Part shown: one piece after another, positions 26,992 to 36,480 of the stretch
Numbering within the stretch: position 1 is the first letter of the stretch
Layout: every line of letters starts with the position of its first letter
Origin: Rhodanobacteraceae bacterium
Lineage (GTDB): Bacteria; Acidobacteriota; Terriglobia; Terriglobales; Acidobacteriaceae
Direction: 5' to 3'
Length of the DNA: 64,000 nt
Assembly (NCBI GenBank): GCA_043783275.1
Contig: JAYVZP010000072.1
Coordinates: 1,394-65,393 of the forward strand
The notes under the pieces: model-generated
What the model was told of the DNA's origin: nothing
The model's database searches: none
The model's input: the letters and a program-made list of their open reading frames with translations, nothing else
Program-made: the position numbers and the translations under genes

Positions 26992-27468
26992 TTAGGCTGC
27001 GGGGGTTGCTACGACTACGTCGGGGGCATCGCTCTTGATCGTTACCTTGACATGAGCGGTGACCTCGCGGTGCAGTTTGATGGGGACGTGGAACTCGCCG
27101 AGCTGCTTGAGGGGCTCTTCGAGCGCAATCTTGCGACGGTCGATGGTGTAGCCCTGCAGCTCAAGCTGGTGCGCGATGTCGCCCGAGGTGACGGAGCCGA
27201 AGAGATGGTCGTTCTCGCCGACTTTGCGCTCAAAGGTAATTTCCACCTGGGAAAGCGTGCGTGCGAGCTCGTCCGACTGAGCTTTTTCCTTGGCGGACTT
27301 GCGGATGGCGGAACCCTTCATCTGCTCAATCACGGCCTTGTTGGCAGTGGTGGCTTCGATGGCAAGCTTGCCAGGCAGGAGGTAGTTGCGTCCGTAGCCG
27401 TCTGCGACCTTAACCACGTCTCCGCGGTGGCCGAGCTTCTGGACATCTTCTTTCAGAATGACTTCCAT
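26992..27468 (-). CDS. rplI: 50S ribosomal protein L9
   Basis: MEVILKEDVQKLGHRGDVVKVADGYGRNYLLPGKLAIEAT.. Confidence 0.95.
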   Translation of the reverse strand: MEVILKEDVQKLGHRGDVVKVADGYGRNYLLPGKLAIEATTANKAVIEQMKGSAIRKSAKEKAQSDELARTLSQVEITFERKVGENDHLFGSVTSGDIAHQLELQGYTIDRRKIALEEPLKQLGEFHVPIKLHREVTAHVKVTIKSDAPDVVVATPAA

Positions 27469-27521
27469 GTTGCGTCTCCAATGTTCTTGCGCGGGTTTAT
27501 GAACCGTCCGCGAGGGCTAGG

Positions 27522-27911
27522 TTAGAAGCGGGCGGCGAAGGCGAGCAGGGCGATGTTGCGCGACTGCTTGATGGCAAGCGACAGGCGGCGCTGGTGCGTG
27601 GTGCAAACACCGGTCAGGCGACGCGGAACGATCTTGCCACGCTCTGCAACGAAGCCTTGAAGCAGGCGAACATCGCGGTAGCTGATGGCATCAATCTTTT
27701 CCGTGCAGAACTTGCAAACCTTCTTGCGGCGGAAGAACTTGCGTCCGCCGGGGCCGCCAGGGCCGCCGCCGGTGCGAGGTGCGCCGCCAGGACCACCGGG
27801 GCCGCCGGCAGGGCGCGGTGGACGCGGAGTGTAGGTGGAAGGAGTGGATGGGCCCGAGGACGCGGGGGCGGCCGTCTGCTCGGATGCTGCGTTGGTGGTT
27901 TCGTCAGCCAT
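27522..27911 (-). CDS. rpsR: 30S ribosomal protein S18 with a ~55-aa Pro/Gly-rich N-terminal extension
   Basis: Core: [61 protein letters not shown]. Extension: ..[28 protein letters not shown]. Confidence 0.9.
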   Translation of the reverse strand: MADETTNAASEQTAAPASSGPSTPSTYTPRPPRPAGGPGGPGGAPRTGGGPGGPGGRKFFRRKKVCKFCTEKIDAISYRDVRLLQGFVAERGKIVPRRLTGVCTTHQRRLSLAIKQSRNIALLAFAARF

Positions 27912-28042
27912 TGTGATTCCTCTCAAGTGTTCTGGTCCTGCCCTGCGCTCCAGACTCGCTGTGGAGTCCGTGGATGATTTAGAAGCGCGGGAAAGACGGG
28001 GTAGTACGTTATGCGGCTCCGGTCGGTTGGAGTCGCAAAAGA

Positions 28043-28558
28043 TTAGGCCGTGGTCTCAACTGAAGGCGTCTCAACCGAAGGCGTCTCGACCGAAGCTGCT
28101 TCAGTCGCGGGCGGCTCGGCGGTTTCGGGGGTGACGACGGGTGCCTCGGCAGGAGTGTCCACGGGTGCGGCAGCTGGGTGAGCCGGAGCGGAAGGCTGCT
28201 GGACGGGAATCGCGCTGCGCTTGACGTGAGTGTCGCGGTGCGCCTTGATCTTGGCGAGACGCTTCTCTTCTTCGTCCATGCGGACCGTGATGAACTTGAT
28301 GACCTGCTCGGAGACGCGGAGGCGACGCTCGATTTCAGCCATCAGAGAGCCGGGTGCGGTAACGGTGAGGAGAACATAGAAGCCATCGTTGAACTTGCGG
28401 ACGGTGTATGCGAGCCGGCGACGGCCCATCTTCTCGGTCGAACGGATCTCTCCACCGCCGTCGGTAACGTTCTTCTGAAAGCCTTCGACCAGCTTGTCGA
28501 GGTCTGCTTCTTCAACGTCGGGACGGATGATGAACATGATTTCGTAAGTGCGATTCAT
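28043..28558 (-). CDS. rpsF: 30S ribosomal protein S6 with a ~70-aa Ala/Pro/Glu/Thr-rich C-terminal tail
   Basis: [47 protein letters not shown]. The tail ends [16 protein letters not shown]. Confidence 0.9.
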   Translation of the reverse strand: MNRTYEIMFIIRPDVEEADLDKLVEGFQKNVTDGGGEIRSTEKMGRRRLAYTVRKFNDGFYVLLTVTAPGSLMAEIERRLRVSEQVIKFITVRMDEEEKRLAKIKAHRDTHVKRSAIPVQQPSAPAHPAAAPVDTPAEAPVVTPETAEPPATEAASVETPSVETPSVETTA

Positions 28559-28644
28559 TGGCTCTACTTCTTTCTGCGAAGTTCTGCTTCGCACCGTGCT
28601 GCCGTAGGACGTGGCAACAACGGTTTGGAAATCTGTTGCATTTG

Positions 28645-29289
28645 CTACTTCACCGGTTCGGCGTCGGAAGGTTCTCCGTTGACCTTGCGGTTGAACTCAT
28701 TCATGGCTTTTTTTACGCCATCTTTGAAAATCATCTCGACTGCGCGCATGGCGTCGTCAAGGACCAAATCCAGCTCCTGTAACTGCATTTTGCGAAACGG
28801 AGACAGCAGAAAATCCCTGCCGCCTGCCTTGATCTCTCGCCCGGTCTCGGTAGGCGGTTTGCCGACTCCGATACGAACGCGAATCCATTCCTCCGTGCCC
28901 AGCGCACTCAGGATCGACTTGATCCCATTATGCCCTCCAGCCGAGCCTCGCTCGCGAATGCGAATCTGACCCAATGGAATGGCAAGTTCGTCGTAGAAGA
29001 CGATCAAATCATTGGCTGGCGTACCCAGCTCTAGTTCCTGCAGAAGTGCTGCTACTGAAAGCCCGCTGAGGTTCACAAAGGTCTCCGGTTTGGCCAGAAG
29101 TACATCCTGGCCGGCCAAAGTGGTGCGTGCCGTGAGCGCCTTGCCTCGACGATTCGTGACCGAGACTCCGCAGACTTGAGCAATCCGATCGATTGCGAGA
29201 AAGCCTGCGTTGTGCGGCGTGAACTGATATTCGATTCCGGGATTTCCTAGACCGACAATCAGCTTCACAGCGCTTCCTTCAAAGAGCAT
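28645..29289 (-). CDS. pth: Peptidyl-tRNA hydrolase
   Basis: KLIVGLGNPGIEYQFTPHNAGFLAIDRIA..GGHNGIKSI. Start ambiguous (ATG 29289 or GTG 29268). Confidence 0.9.
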   Translation of the reverse strand: MLFEGSAVKLIVGLGNPGIEYQFTPHNAGFLAIDRIAQVCGVSVTNRRGKALTARTTLAGQDVLLAKPETFVNLSGLSVAALLQELELGTPANDLIVFYDELAIPLGQIRIRERGSAGGHNGIKSILSALGTEEWIRVRIGVGKPPTETGREIKAGGRDFLLSPFRKMQLQELDLVLDDAMRAVEMIFKDGVKKAMNEFNRKVNGEPSDAEPVK

Positions 29290-29336
29290 TTCCGGGTGCC
29301 CCTGTCATCGTAAAAGGGGCACCCGACTTGTCCAGG

Positions 29337-30029
29337 TTACTTCTTTTTAGGTGCGGCCTTGGCGTCGGCAGCAGGGGCAGCAGCAACTTCGCCCTTGCCC
29401 TTCTTGGCAACTTCGGGCTCGGCAACTACGGGCGCGATCACGTCGGCCGCAGCCTCTTCCTTAATAATGGTGACGTGGGCTACGAGCGCTGTGTCATCGC
29501 CCAGAAACTTGATCGAACCGGAGTGCGGCAGGTCCGAGATGTGGATGGCGCCGTAAAGCTCGAGCTCGCTGACGTCGATGTCAAGGTGATCCGGAATGTC
29601 GGAAGGGAGGCATTCGATTTCGACTTCGCGCAGAACCTGATCGAGGATTCCGCCGGAGTTCTTTACGCCTACCGGAATGCCCGAGAGCAGCACGGGAACC
29701 GAGACGCGCATGGCTTTGTTCATCGCGATGCGTTTGAAGTCGATGTGCAGGAGCTTGCCTTTGATCGGCTCGTGCTGCCAGTCAACGATCATGGCCTTGA
29801 CCAGGGCAGAGCCTTCAACGCTCAAATCGAAGATCGTGTTGTGACCGGCTTCCGAGTGCAGAATCTTGGTGACGACCCTGGGGTCTACGGTGACGGCAAC
29901 AGCGTCCTGTCCGGCGCCATAGACGACGGCGGGAATCTTGCCTGCAACGCGAACGCGGCGTGCGTGGTTTTTGTTGAACTTGCCGGTGCGGGGGGTTGCG
30001 ATGACTGCGTCAAACTTCTGGGATGCCAT
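29337..30029 (-). CDS. rplY: 50S ribosomal protein L25 / general stress protein Ctc
   Basis: TPRTGKFNKNHARRVRVAGKIPAVVYG..HNTIFDL..VDWQHEPIKGKLLHIDFKRI. Lys/Ala-rich C-terminal tail. Start taken at MASQKF (30029). Confidence 0.9.
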   Translation of the reverse strand: MASQKFDAVIATPRTGKFNKNHARRVRVAGKIPAVVYGAGQDAVAVTVDPRVVTKILHSEAGHNTIFDLSVEGSALVKAMIVDWQHEPIKGKLLHIDFKRIAMNKAMRVSVPVLLSGIPVGVKNSGGILDQVLREVEIECLPSDIPDHLDIDVSELELYGAIHISDLPHSGSIKFLGDDTALVAHVTIIKEEAAADVIAPVVAEPEVAKKGKGEVAAAPAADAKAAPKKK

Positions 30030-30210
30030 GTAATTTCCTTTCGGGCACGAAAGACAGTTGCTAGCGAGTAGTGGTTCAGGCCACTCCTGGTCACTGCTAC
30101 TGTTTCGCTCCGTTTGCGGCTGGGCCACTGGTTAGTGTTGCGTGATGCTGCGATCGGCTAAAACGATTATGTGTGGACTAACCACAAACCGCTTCTGACT
30201 AACCACTGCC

Positions 30211-31317
30211 TTAGCTGAACAGCGTCGAAACGCTGGTCTCCATGTGGATACTTTCAATTGCGCGGCCAAGCAGCCCGGCGATGGAAAGCACCTTGATCTT
30301 GTCTACCTTCAGCGCTTCCTCACGAAGCGGAATCGTGTTGGAAACGATGAGTTCCTTCAGCGGCGACTTCGCGATGTTCTCAACCGCGGGGCCTGAAAGC
30401 ACAGCATGAGACGCGCAGGCATAAACCTCCCTGGCTCCCTGGGCAAGCAACGCATCAACAGTCTTGACGAGCGTGCCAGCTGTGTCGACGATGTCATCCA
30501 AAATGAGGCAGGTTCTGCCTTCCACATCACCGATGACATTCATCACTTCACTGATGTTCATGTCGGTGCGCCGTTTATCGACGATGGCCAACGGAACGTC
30601 AAGCTTTTTGGCGAAGAATCTCGCCCGTTCTACTCCCCCTGCATCCGGACTGACGACGGTCAAATTGGGCAGGTTGAGTTCTCGGAAGTAACCCACCAGC
30701 ACAGGGCTGGCAAACAGATGGTCGACCGGGATATTGAAGAAGCCTTGAATCTGTGCGGCGTGGAGATCGACGAGGAGGGCGCGATTGGCGCCGGCGGTCG
30801 TCAAAAGATCCGCGACGAGCTTGCTGCTGATAGCGACGCGCGGCCGGTCCTTGCGGTCCTGCCGGGCGTAACCGTAGTACGGCATTACGACCGTGATGCG
30901 CGCAGCGGAAGCCCGCTTGAGCGCATCGATCATGATAAGAAGTTCCATCAGGTGCTGGTCGACCGGGCGGCATGTCGGCTGGATCACGAATACATCCGCG
31001 CCGCGAACGTTTTCCAGCAATTGAAAGTGAATCTCTCCGTCGGCGAATCGTTGTATCCGGGTTTCACCCAGAGGTACGCCAACGAAGCGGCAAACCTCTT
31101 CTGCGAGCGGTTTGTTTGCTTCGCCGCAAAAGATTTTGAAGCGCTTCGCCTCGCTCAACCGGCCTGAACGTTTGCGTTCCGGGCCGGCCTTTGCGGAGGC
31201 TCCTTGCGGAGATGTTGCAGATTGCGCGACGTCCATCGCTGCGGTTGTGCCCGCAAGCATTTGTTCGTCACGTGCTAAATCAGGGGGAAGAACCACAGCT
31301 GTGTCTTGTTTGCTCAC
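30211..31317 (-). CDS. prs: Ribose-phosphate pyrophosphokinase with an N-terminal extension
   Basis: FKIFCGEANKPLAEEVC..DVFVIQPTC..MPYYGYARQDRK..VSPDAGGVERAR..LILDDIVDTAGT. GTG start with GAGGAG 8 nt upstream. About 55 extra N-terminal residues; later starts are possible. Confidence 0.9.
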   Translation of the reverse strand: MSKQDTAVVLPPDLARDEQMLAGTTAAMDVAQSATSPQGASAKAGPERKRSGRLSEAKRFKIFCGEANKPLAEEVCRFVGVPLGETRIQRFADGEIHFQLLENVRGADVFVIQPTCRPVDQHLMELLIMIDALKRASAARITVVMPYYGYARQDRKDRPRVAISSKLVADLLTTAGANRALLVDLHAAQIQGFFNIPVDHLFASPVLVGYFRELNLPNLTVVSPDAGGVERARFFAKKLDVPLAIVDKRRTDMNISEVMNVIGDVEGRTCLILDDIVDTAGTLVKTVDALLAQGAREVYACASHAVLSGPAVENIAKSPLKELIVSNTIPLREEALKVDKIKVLSIAGLLGRAIESIHMETSVSTLFS

Positions 31318-31635
31318 GTCTGAAACTCCTCAGGTTGGTTGACCTTGGGCGGTTCCTGCTGGTTTATGTCTATCTCCGGCTGGTTGGCCGGTACTTCTTG
31401 CGAGGTAAAAGACGTTGGTTCTTTCCAAATTCCTTGCTAAAGGACTGCATGTACTAGCGCGTTGTTTCCGCGAGAAGTGCAAATGCTTTCTACTGCCGCG
31501 ATCTGGCCGGAGGTTGCACCGACATCAGAAAGCATCAATAACCCTGTTTCACTGCAGTTCACCGATGCTGCCCGGTGAACCCTGGACTTGAGCGATAAAG
31601 CTCATCGATCGACCGTCTGAGTTCCTAGCCTTATT

Positions 31636-31709
31636 TGGCTGGGCGACTAGGATTCGAACCTAGACTAGATGCTCCAAAGGCACCTGACCTACCGTTAGTC
31701 GATCGCCCA
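31636..31709 (-). tRNA. tRNA-Gln (anticodon UUG), encoded CCA
   Basis: The minus strand reads TGGGCGA-TC-GACTAACGGTAGGTC-A-GGTGC-CTTTGGA-GCATC-TAGT-CTAGGTTCGAATCCTAG-TCGCCCA-G-CCA, with the U1:A72 pair typical of bacterial tRNA-Gln. Confidence 0.9.
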
Positions 31710-31767
31710 GTAATTGCCCGGATTGTCATCACTTCTGCAAGTAAAAGAAGTTCAGGTCCGGGAAAAA

Positions 31768-32913
31768 TCACTCTGCGAACATCCTGCTCCAGTACAGAGG
31801 TCGGGGCAAGGTCGAAGTGACAAGTGCCTGAACGCCATGTTGCTGAAGCCTTTGTTGAGCGGCATACGCGTCAGTCTTGGTCCGGTAAAAGCCGAACAAG
31901 GCGGAGCCTGAGCCAGAGAGCGCGGCATAAATTGCCGGATTCTGAACTTCCGAGGATCCCATCAGATGTCGCTTGATTTCACGCAGGAGGGGATACTGAA
32001 GAAAGACGACCGTTTCAAAGTCGTTTTCAATCCCGGTGCGGACAAGCGCGAGAAGGGAGTTCTCGGCCAGATCAATCTCGAAACCGCTCGTGGCTTGACT
32101 TCTGAGATCAGAAGCAAATGCCGTGTGATGTTGCTCACGAGAGAGCCCATGCAAGTTCTCAGGGCTGTCCTGCTTGTCGCTAACTATCAGCGACGCAAGA
32201 CTCGGATCAGGAAAGATACCGGAGGCGCCGGACTTTTCGTTTGACTTCTCACAGGAGAAGACGGACGCATAAGTACGACTCAACTTTGCAAGTGTATCCC
32301 GGATGGGAGCATTGTGCAAATCAGGGTTGAAACGTTTATCCCAGTCGCGGAATGCCTGCGGTGTGGAAACCCCACGTCCGGGCAGCGCGATCACGCACGG
32401 AATCTCCGTCGAACCACCAAGGCTTACGTCCGCAACTGCCGTTACCACCTGCCCGCGGTCCGAACCCAGCACGGATCCGCCTATCAGAAACAGAGGCACA
32501 TCCGACCCCACCTCAGCCGCCATGGCCAGCCGGATGTCTCTCGGAATCTTGAGATCAAGCTCTTTTTCCAAGCCAATCAGCGCCGCCGCCGCGTTGGCCG
32601 AGCCAGCCCCCATACCCCCCTGAATCGGAAGGTTCTTCTGGATATGAATCGTCACAACGGCACGTTGACCAAACTGCCCCAGAGCCTTGTTCACCATCTT
32701 CCAGACTGTATTACGAGCGTCAAGAGGCACGCGCGGATCGCTGCACGTCAGGGTAATGCGTGTCTCCGCAGCCGACACGGCCGATACGGTCAGCAGGTCG
32801 TGGAGCGCAAGCGTCTGGTAAAGCGTCGACAAAGCGTGAAAGCCGTCCGGACGCGGCGGCCCGATGGCCAAGCCGAGATTGATCTTTGAGTAGGAACGGA
32901 CGACGGTCGGCAT
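31768..32913 (-). CDS. ispE: 4-diphosphocytidyl-2-C-methyl-D-erythritol kinase with a ~75-aa internal insertion
   Basis: SYSKINLGLAIGPPRPDGFHAL..IQKNLPIQGGMGAGSANAAAAL..(insertion)..NDFETVVF..SGSGSALFG. 381 aa, versus ~285 aa typical. Confidence 0.85.
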   Translation of the reverse strand: MPTVVRSYSKINLGLAIGPPRPDGFHALSTLYQTLALHDLLTVSAVSAAETRITLTCSDPRVPLDARNTVWKMVNKALGQFGQRAVVTIHIQKNLPIQGGMGAGSANAAAALIGLEKELDLKIPRDIRLAMAAEVGSDVPLFLIGGSVLGSDRGQVVTAVADVSLGGSTEIPCVIALPGRGVSTPQAFRDWDKRFNPDLHNAPIRDTLAKLSRTYASVFSCEKSNEKSGASGIFPDPSLASLIVSDKQDSPENLHGLSREQHHTAFASDLRSQATSGFEIDLAENSLLALVRTGIENDFETVVFLQYPLLREIKRHLMGSSEVQNPAIYAALSGSGSALFGFYRTKTDAYAAQQRLQQHGVQALVTSTLPRPLYWSRMFAE

Positions 32914-32954
32914 CTGGCTATTCTATGGGCGATGCTCAGTGAACCTGGCAACGG

Positions 32955-34250
32955 TTACTCGTACTTGAGCGTCTCGACCGGGTCCAGGCGCGCGGCTCGT
33001 GTGGCTGGCAGCATCCCGAAGAACACACCCACCATTACCGACGTGAACAGCGCAATCACCGCCGACCACGGGGACACCGGCAGTTTATAAGGCGTCAGGA
33101 AAGAGATCGAAAGCGGCAGTGCAAGGCCAATGATCGTGCCGATGAGCCCGCCGGAGAGCGAAAGAAAGACAGCCTCCGTCAGAAACTGCAGCCGAATCTC
33201 ACGGCTGGTAGCCCCCAGCGCCTTGCGGATACCGATCTCGCGCGTCCGCGCCTGCACGTTGGCCAGCATCGAGTTCATGATGCCAACACCTGAGACCAGC
33301 AGGGTAAAGAACGCTGCGAAGACGAGAACTACCGTCAGCGCATTCGCAATCTTGGCCATTACACTCAGCACCTCGGTCAGCGTCTGCGCGTTATAAACGC
33401 TCGAAGCCCGGTGACGAGACTGAATGATCTTCAAGATTTTTATAGATGTCGGCTCGACCTGCGTGGAATCCGCAACAGTGAAAAAGATCTGCTTCAGGAC
33501 GTCGGTGCCCTGAAAATACCTCGCCACGGAATACGGAATCAGCATGGTCTGGTTGGAAATCTCCGACTGCCCAAACGTCTCCGTGCCTTCCTTGAAGACG
33601 CCGATGATGACGAAAGGAATTCCTGAAACAGTGATGCTGTGCCCAACCGCAGCATCGGGTGAGCCAAAGAGCGCCGTCGCAAACGGCAGCACAATCACTG
33701 CTGCCTTGGTGTGTGAAGTGGCATCCTGATCGTCAAAGAAGCGCCCCGCCAGAATCTTGAGGTTACGCACCTGTTTATACTGCGGAGACACGCCCAGCAG
33801 CATCGTGTCCTTGGTAATGCCCGAACCCATGGAGACGCGGTCGTGAAACTCCAGCATCGGCGACGACGCAATGATGCCCGGAACCTGCTCGATGACCGCG
33901 GCCATATCCTCGCGGGTCATCGAGTCGGGTGAACTGGTGTTATCCGGCCCCGCCACGGTGCCGCCGACGTACTGCATCTCGATCATGTTGGGGCCAATGC
34001 CCGAGATCTGGTCCAACGCGTATTTTTTGCCGGTCAGCCCTACCGTTACCACCAGGATGATCGAAAACGATCCGACGATCATGCCGAGCATTGTGAGCAG
34101 AAATCGCACCTTGGAGGCGCGAAAGCTGTCGATAGCGAGGTTGATCGTCTCGCGCAACGCAATGGACGAGGTTGCGCTGGCCAGCGTCGCGTCGAAGCTG
34201 CTATACCCCTTTTCGCGAGTCACTACCGGATTGGAGGAGAGAGTACCCAT
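32955..34250 (-). CDS. ABC transporter permease, MacB/FtsX type (no ATPase partner in the window)
   Basis: N-terminal TM helix, a ~230-aa periplasmic domain, then a C-terminal FtsX 3-TM block ..REIGIRKALGATSREIRLQFLTEAVFLSLSGGLIG.. Confidence 0.85.
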   Translation of the reverse strand: MGTLSSNPVVTREKGYSSFDATLASATSSIALRETINLAIDSFRASKVRFLLTMLGMIVGSFSIILVVTVGLTGKKYALDQISGIGPNMIEMQYVGGTVAGPDNTSSPDSMTREDMAAVIEQVPGIIASSPMLEFHDRVSMGSGITKDTMLLGVSPQYKQVRNLKILAGRFFDDQDATSHTKAAVIVLPFATALFGSPDAAVGHSITVSGIPFVIIGVFKEGTETFGQSEISNQTMLIPYSVARYFQGTDVLKQIFFTVADSTQVEPTSIKILKIIQSRHRASSVYNAQTLTEVLSVMAKIANALTVVLVFAAFFTLLVSGVGIMNSMLANVQARTREIGIRKALGATSREIRLQFLTEAVFLSLSGGLIGTIIGLALPLSISFLTPYKLPVSPWSAVIALFTSVMVGVFFGMLPATRAARLDPVETLKYE

Positions 34251-34422
34251 CAGTTTGTCGTCTTCGATACTTTAGACTGCAGCAAGTATCGCAGCGGTTC
34301 AGCCTTTTCATCTCAGTATCGACGACCTTTACGGCGACCGGTCCTCAAAGATCAACAATCCCAGGACCTGAACTCGTGAAGTAACTTTGCACGACACAGC
34401 CAGCCGTACTAGACTTTCATCA

Positions 34423-34512
34423 GGAAGAGTGGCCGAGTGGTTGATGGCTCCAGTCTTGAAAACTGGCGTACCTGAAAAGGTATCGGGGGTTCGAATCCCT
34501 CCTCTTCCGCCA
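34423..34512 (+). tRNA. tRNA-Ser (anticodon UGA), encoded CCA
   Basis: GGAAGAG-TG-GCCGAGTGGTTGATGGC.. Anticodon arm CCAGT-CTTGAAA-ACTGG, long variable arm, T-arm GGGGG-TTCGAAT-CCCTC, acceptor CTCTTCC-G-CCA. Confidence 0.9.
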
Positions 34513-34858
34513 TTCCCCTTATCCCCTCAGTTTCCAACGCCGTTACCGCATCAATCCCCAACAACGATAGGGTGTTCCACGCTAGAGACCGCTAAGGAGC
34601 GTTATCGAGCGTTAGCCCGGTATTCGTCAAAATGGCCGGATAGGAGTAACGGAATGGCTAAAGCGCAAAATAAAAGGTAACGGGGGTTCGGTTTCCACAG
34701 GAAGCCGCCAAGCTAACGGTGGGTGTTACGCTCCGCACATGTTCATTTTCGATCCGCCAAATCCGAGCCCCGAGTTCGTAGCACAGGTGACAAGCTGCTA
34801 GGAAACCTTTGAGAGGATCGTCGCCTTACACCCTGAAGACCCGGAAGGCAACCATCAA

Positions 34859-35374
34859 TTGCGTGTAGCCGCCGCTGCCAGTTCACAGGCATTTGAACAC
34901 TTCCGGGCTATTTTGATTCTTTGTAAGAGTCGCGTGGCAGACGGGAGTGCTATGGCGCTTTTCCGCCCACTCGTGGAGGCTGTTGTGCGAAGTGATTGGA
35001 TTCTACGCTGCGCAACAGAGCAGGAGTTCACGGGCATCTGCAACCGAACTTGCAGCTTCCCTAAATTTAAGGTGATGGCAGACGCCCTTGACAAAGAACA
35101 TGCCCGGTTTGACTATGCCAAAAAACCCTACTTCTCCAGTTTTACGGGTGACGCATTCTTCGTGATGAGCGGTTACGCTCACACCGGCGTCGAGCAATTA
35201 GTGCATCGGATCGACCCGGACGGCACAATTGGGCCAGCCTACAAGGAAAGTCATATGATTCGCCTTCTAAAGAAATCCAAGGAATTGACATTGCGGCACT
35301 TTGCTCTTTTGGCACATGCACGGGGCTTCGAGGACGTCACGAAAGAACTCCTAAACCTTCCAGTTGATTTCTGA
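34859..35374 (+). CDS. Hypothetical helical protein, possibly a DUF5677/AbiV-like (HEPN-like) remnant
   Basis: 171-aa ORF with a TTG start and no ATG. More AT-rich than its surroundings by eye. Motifs AMALFRPLVEAVVRSDWILRC and LRHFALLAH (an Rx6H spacing). The family call is from memory of the motif style only. Confidence 0.35.
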   Translation: MRVAAAASSQAFEHFRAILILCKSRVADGSAMALFRPLVEAVVRSDWILRCATEQEFTGICNRTCSFPKFKVMADALDKEHARFDYAKKPYFSSFTGDAFFVMSGYAHTGVEQLVHRIDPDGTIGPAYKESHMIRLLKKSKELTLRHFALLAHARGFEDVTKELLNLPVDF

Positions 35375-35808
35375 GTTTTGCCCCGAGGTAGCCAACCTTC
35401 CCTTTTCCAGTCCTCACCTGACCAATCTATCCAAAATCAACCGAGCCAACGCCACGCTCTCCGAAACCACATTCAGGAGCCGGGGTGAAGACCGACTGAT
35501 GTTCTCATCCCGCGCCAGCCGCACCGCTGCGATGATTGAGGCTGAAATCATCAAGGTGGAGGCGAAGCGGTCCTTGATGTGTTGCTCTTCTCCCTCCCCT
35601 TAGCTCTCTTCATGACCCCCATGCCTTCGAGTGTAGGCGAATAGAAAACGAAGATGTCCACAGGGGTCCGCGGGTTGCAGCCTAATCGTGTCACCCGTAA
35701 ACTACCCCAGTTAGTTCATCAGAGGAAGCGACGCTACTGCCACGATTTCCAGATTACGAGGCTAACAACCTGCGCCGCCTACTAATCGCTGGTGATATCA
35801 GCGGAGCG

Positions 35809-36480
35809 TTGAGTCTCTATCAAACGTGGTGCCCGCCCACGGGAGGTAAAGTGTTTCAAGATATCGACCGTGCACACATTGACGGACTCTTTGCTGCTCG
35901 TCCTGCGGTACTTGCCAGTATGCCGTCGTCAGATTTCCGTCAAATACAAGTTGTCGTAGTAATGAGGCAGTTGCTTGGTCATGGGGGCCGACCGGAAAAG
36001 CTACTTCCGAGTTCATACCAGTGGCCAAGTCCGATGTCTTTTAAAGCTGCCTTGAACGCGATGCAGAGCAACTACAACTGGAATCGGGATCGGAGCCAGC
36101 TTCGAAGCTGGGGATGGAAGCCACTTTGGCAGTACCTGAAAACATGTGATCCCGAAACCTGTTCCGCTTGCGATGAGGCAAGGCGTTACCTCTACAATGA
36201 CGATGATTTTCCGGGTTCTCCGATCCCTGGGTGCACGAACTCGATGGATGGTTGCCGGTGTCTAGCTATGGGGATGGACCCAAAGGATGGCCAGGCACTG
36301 ATCGATTCAGGAAATTACGCATGTTCTTTTCAGCGCACTGATGGGGCCAGGGCGTCACTGCAGGTGGCCGCGGTCGCCTGTCGCCTTACCGTATCGTTCG
36401 CCGGTCATCGGTCCCCGTTGCTTTGTACGGATAGTTTGGAAGATGCTTTCTGCAACTCACTGTGCGCTGACGCGAGATAG
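35809..36480 (+). CDS. Cys-rich hypothetical ORF, possibly a remnant of a phage Mu-F/SPP1-gp7-like head-morphogenesis C-terminal region
   Basis: TTG start. DPETCSACDEARRYLYNDDDFPGSPIPGCTNSMDGCRCLA resembles the TCxxC...(P)xxCRC motif of that family. The 3' end overlaps the convergent lyase gene by 76 nt, so the true extent is doubtful. Confidence 0.3.
   Translation: MSLYQTWCPPTGGKVFQDIDRAHIDGLFAARPAVLASMPSSDFRQIQVVVVMRQLLGHGGRPEKLLPSSYQWPSPMSFKAALNAMQSNYNWNRDRSQLRSWGWKPLWQYLKTCDPETCSACDEARRYLYNDDDFPGSPIPGCTNSMDGCRCLAMGMDPKDGQALIDSGNYACSFQRTDGARASLQVAAVACRLTVSFAGHRSPLLCTDSLEDAFCNSLCADAR

Noticed and set aside
30124-30206. GGTTAG/CTAACC repeats (an 8-bp TGGTTAGT...ACTAACCA pairing and a GACTAACCAC direct repeat) in the prs-ctc intergenic region, as a possible L25 leader or regulatory structure.
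   Set aside because: These are short repeats with a 40-nt spacer, and I know of no motif they match. Calling them would need covariation evidence.
34646-34720. Three (G/C)TAACGG motifs spaced 31 and 36 nt apart just downstream of tRNA-Ser, as possible integrase arm-type sites.
   Set aside because: A 6-7-mer seen three times is within chance expectation, and no integrase remains to bind them. They are context for the island only.
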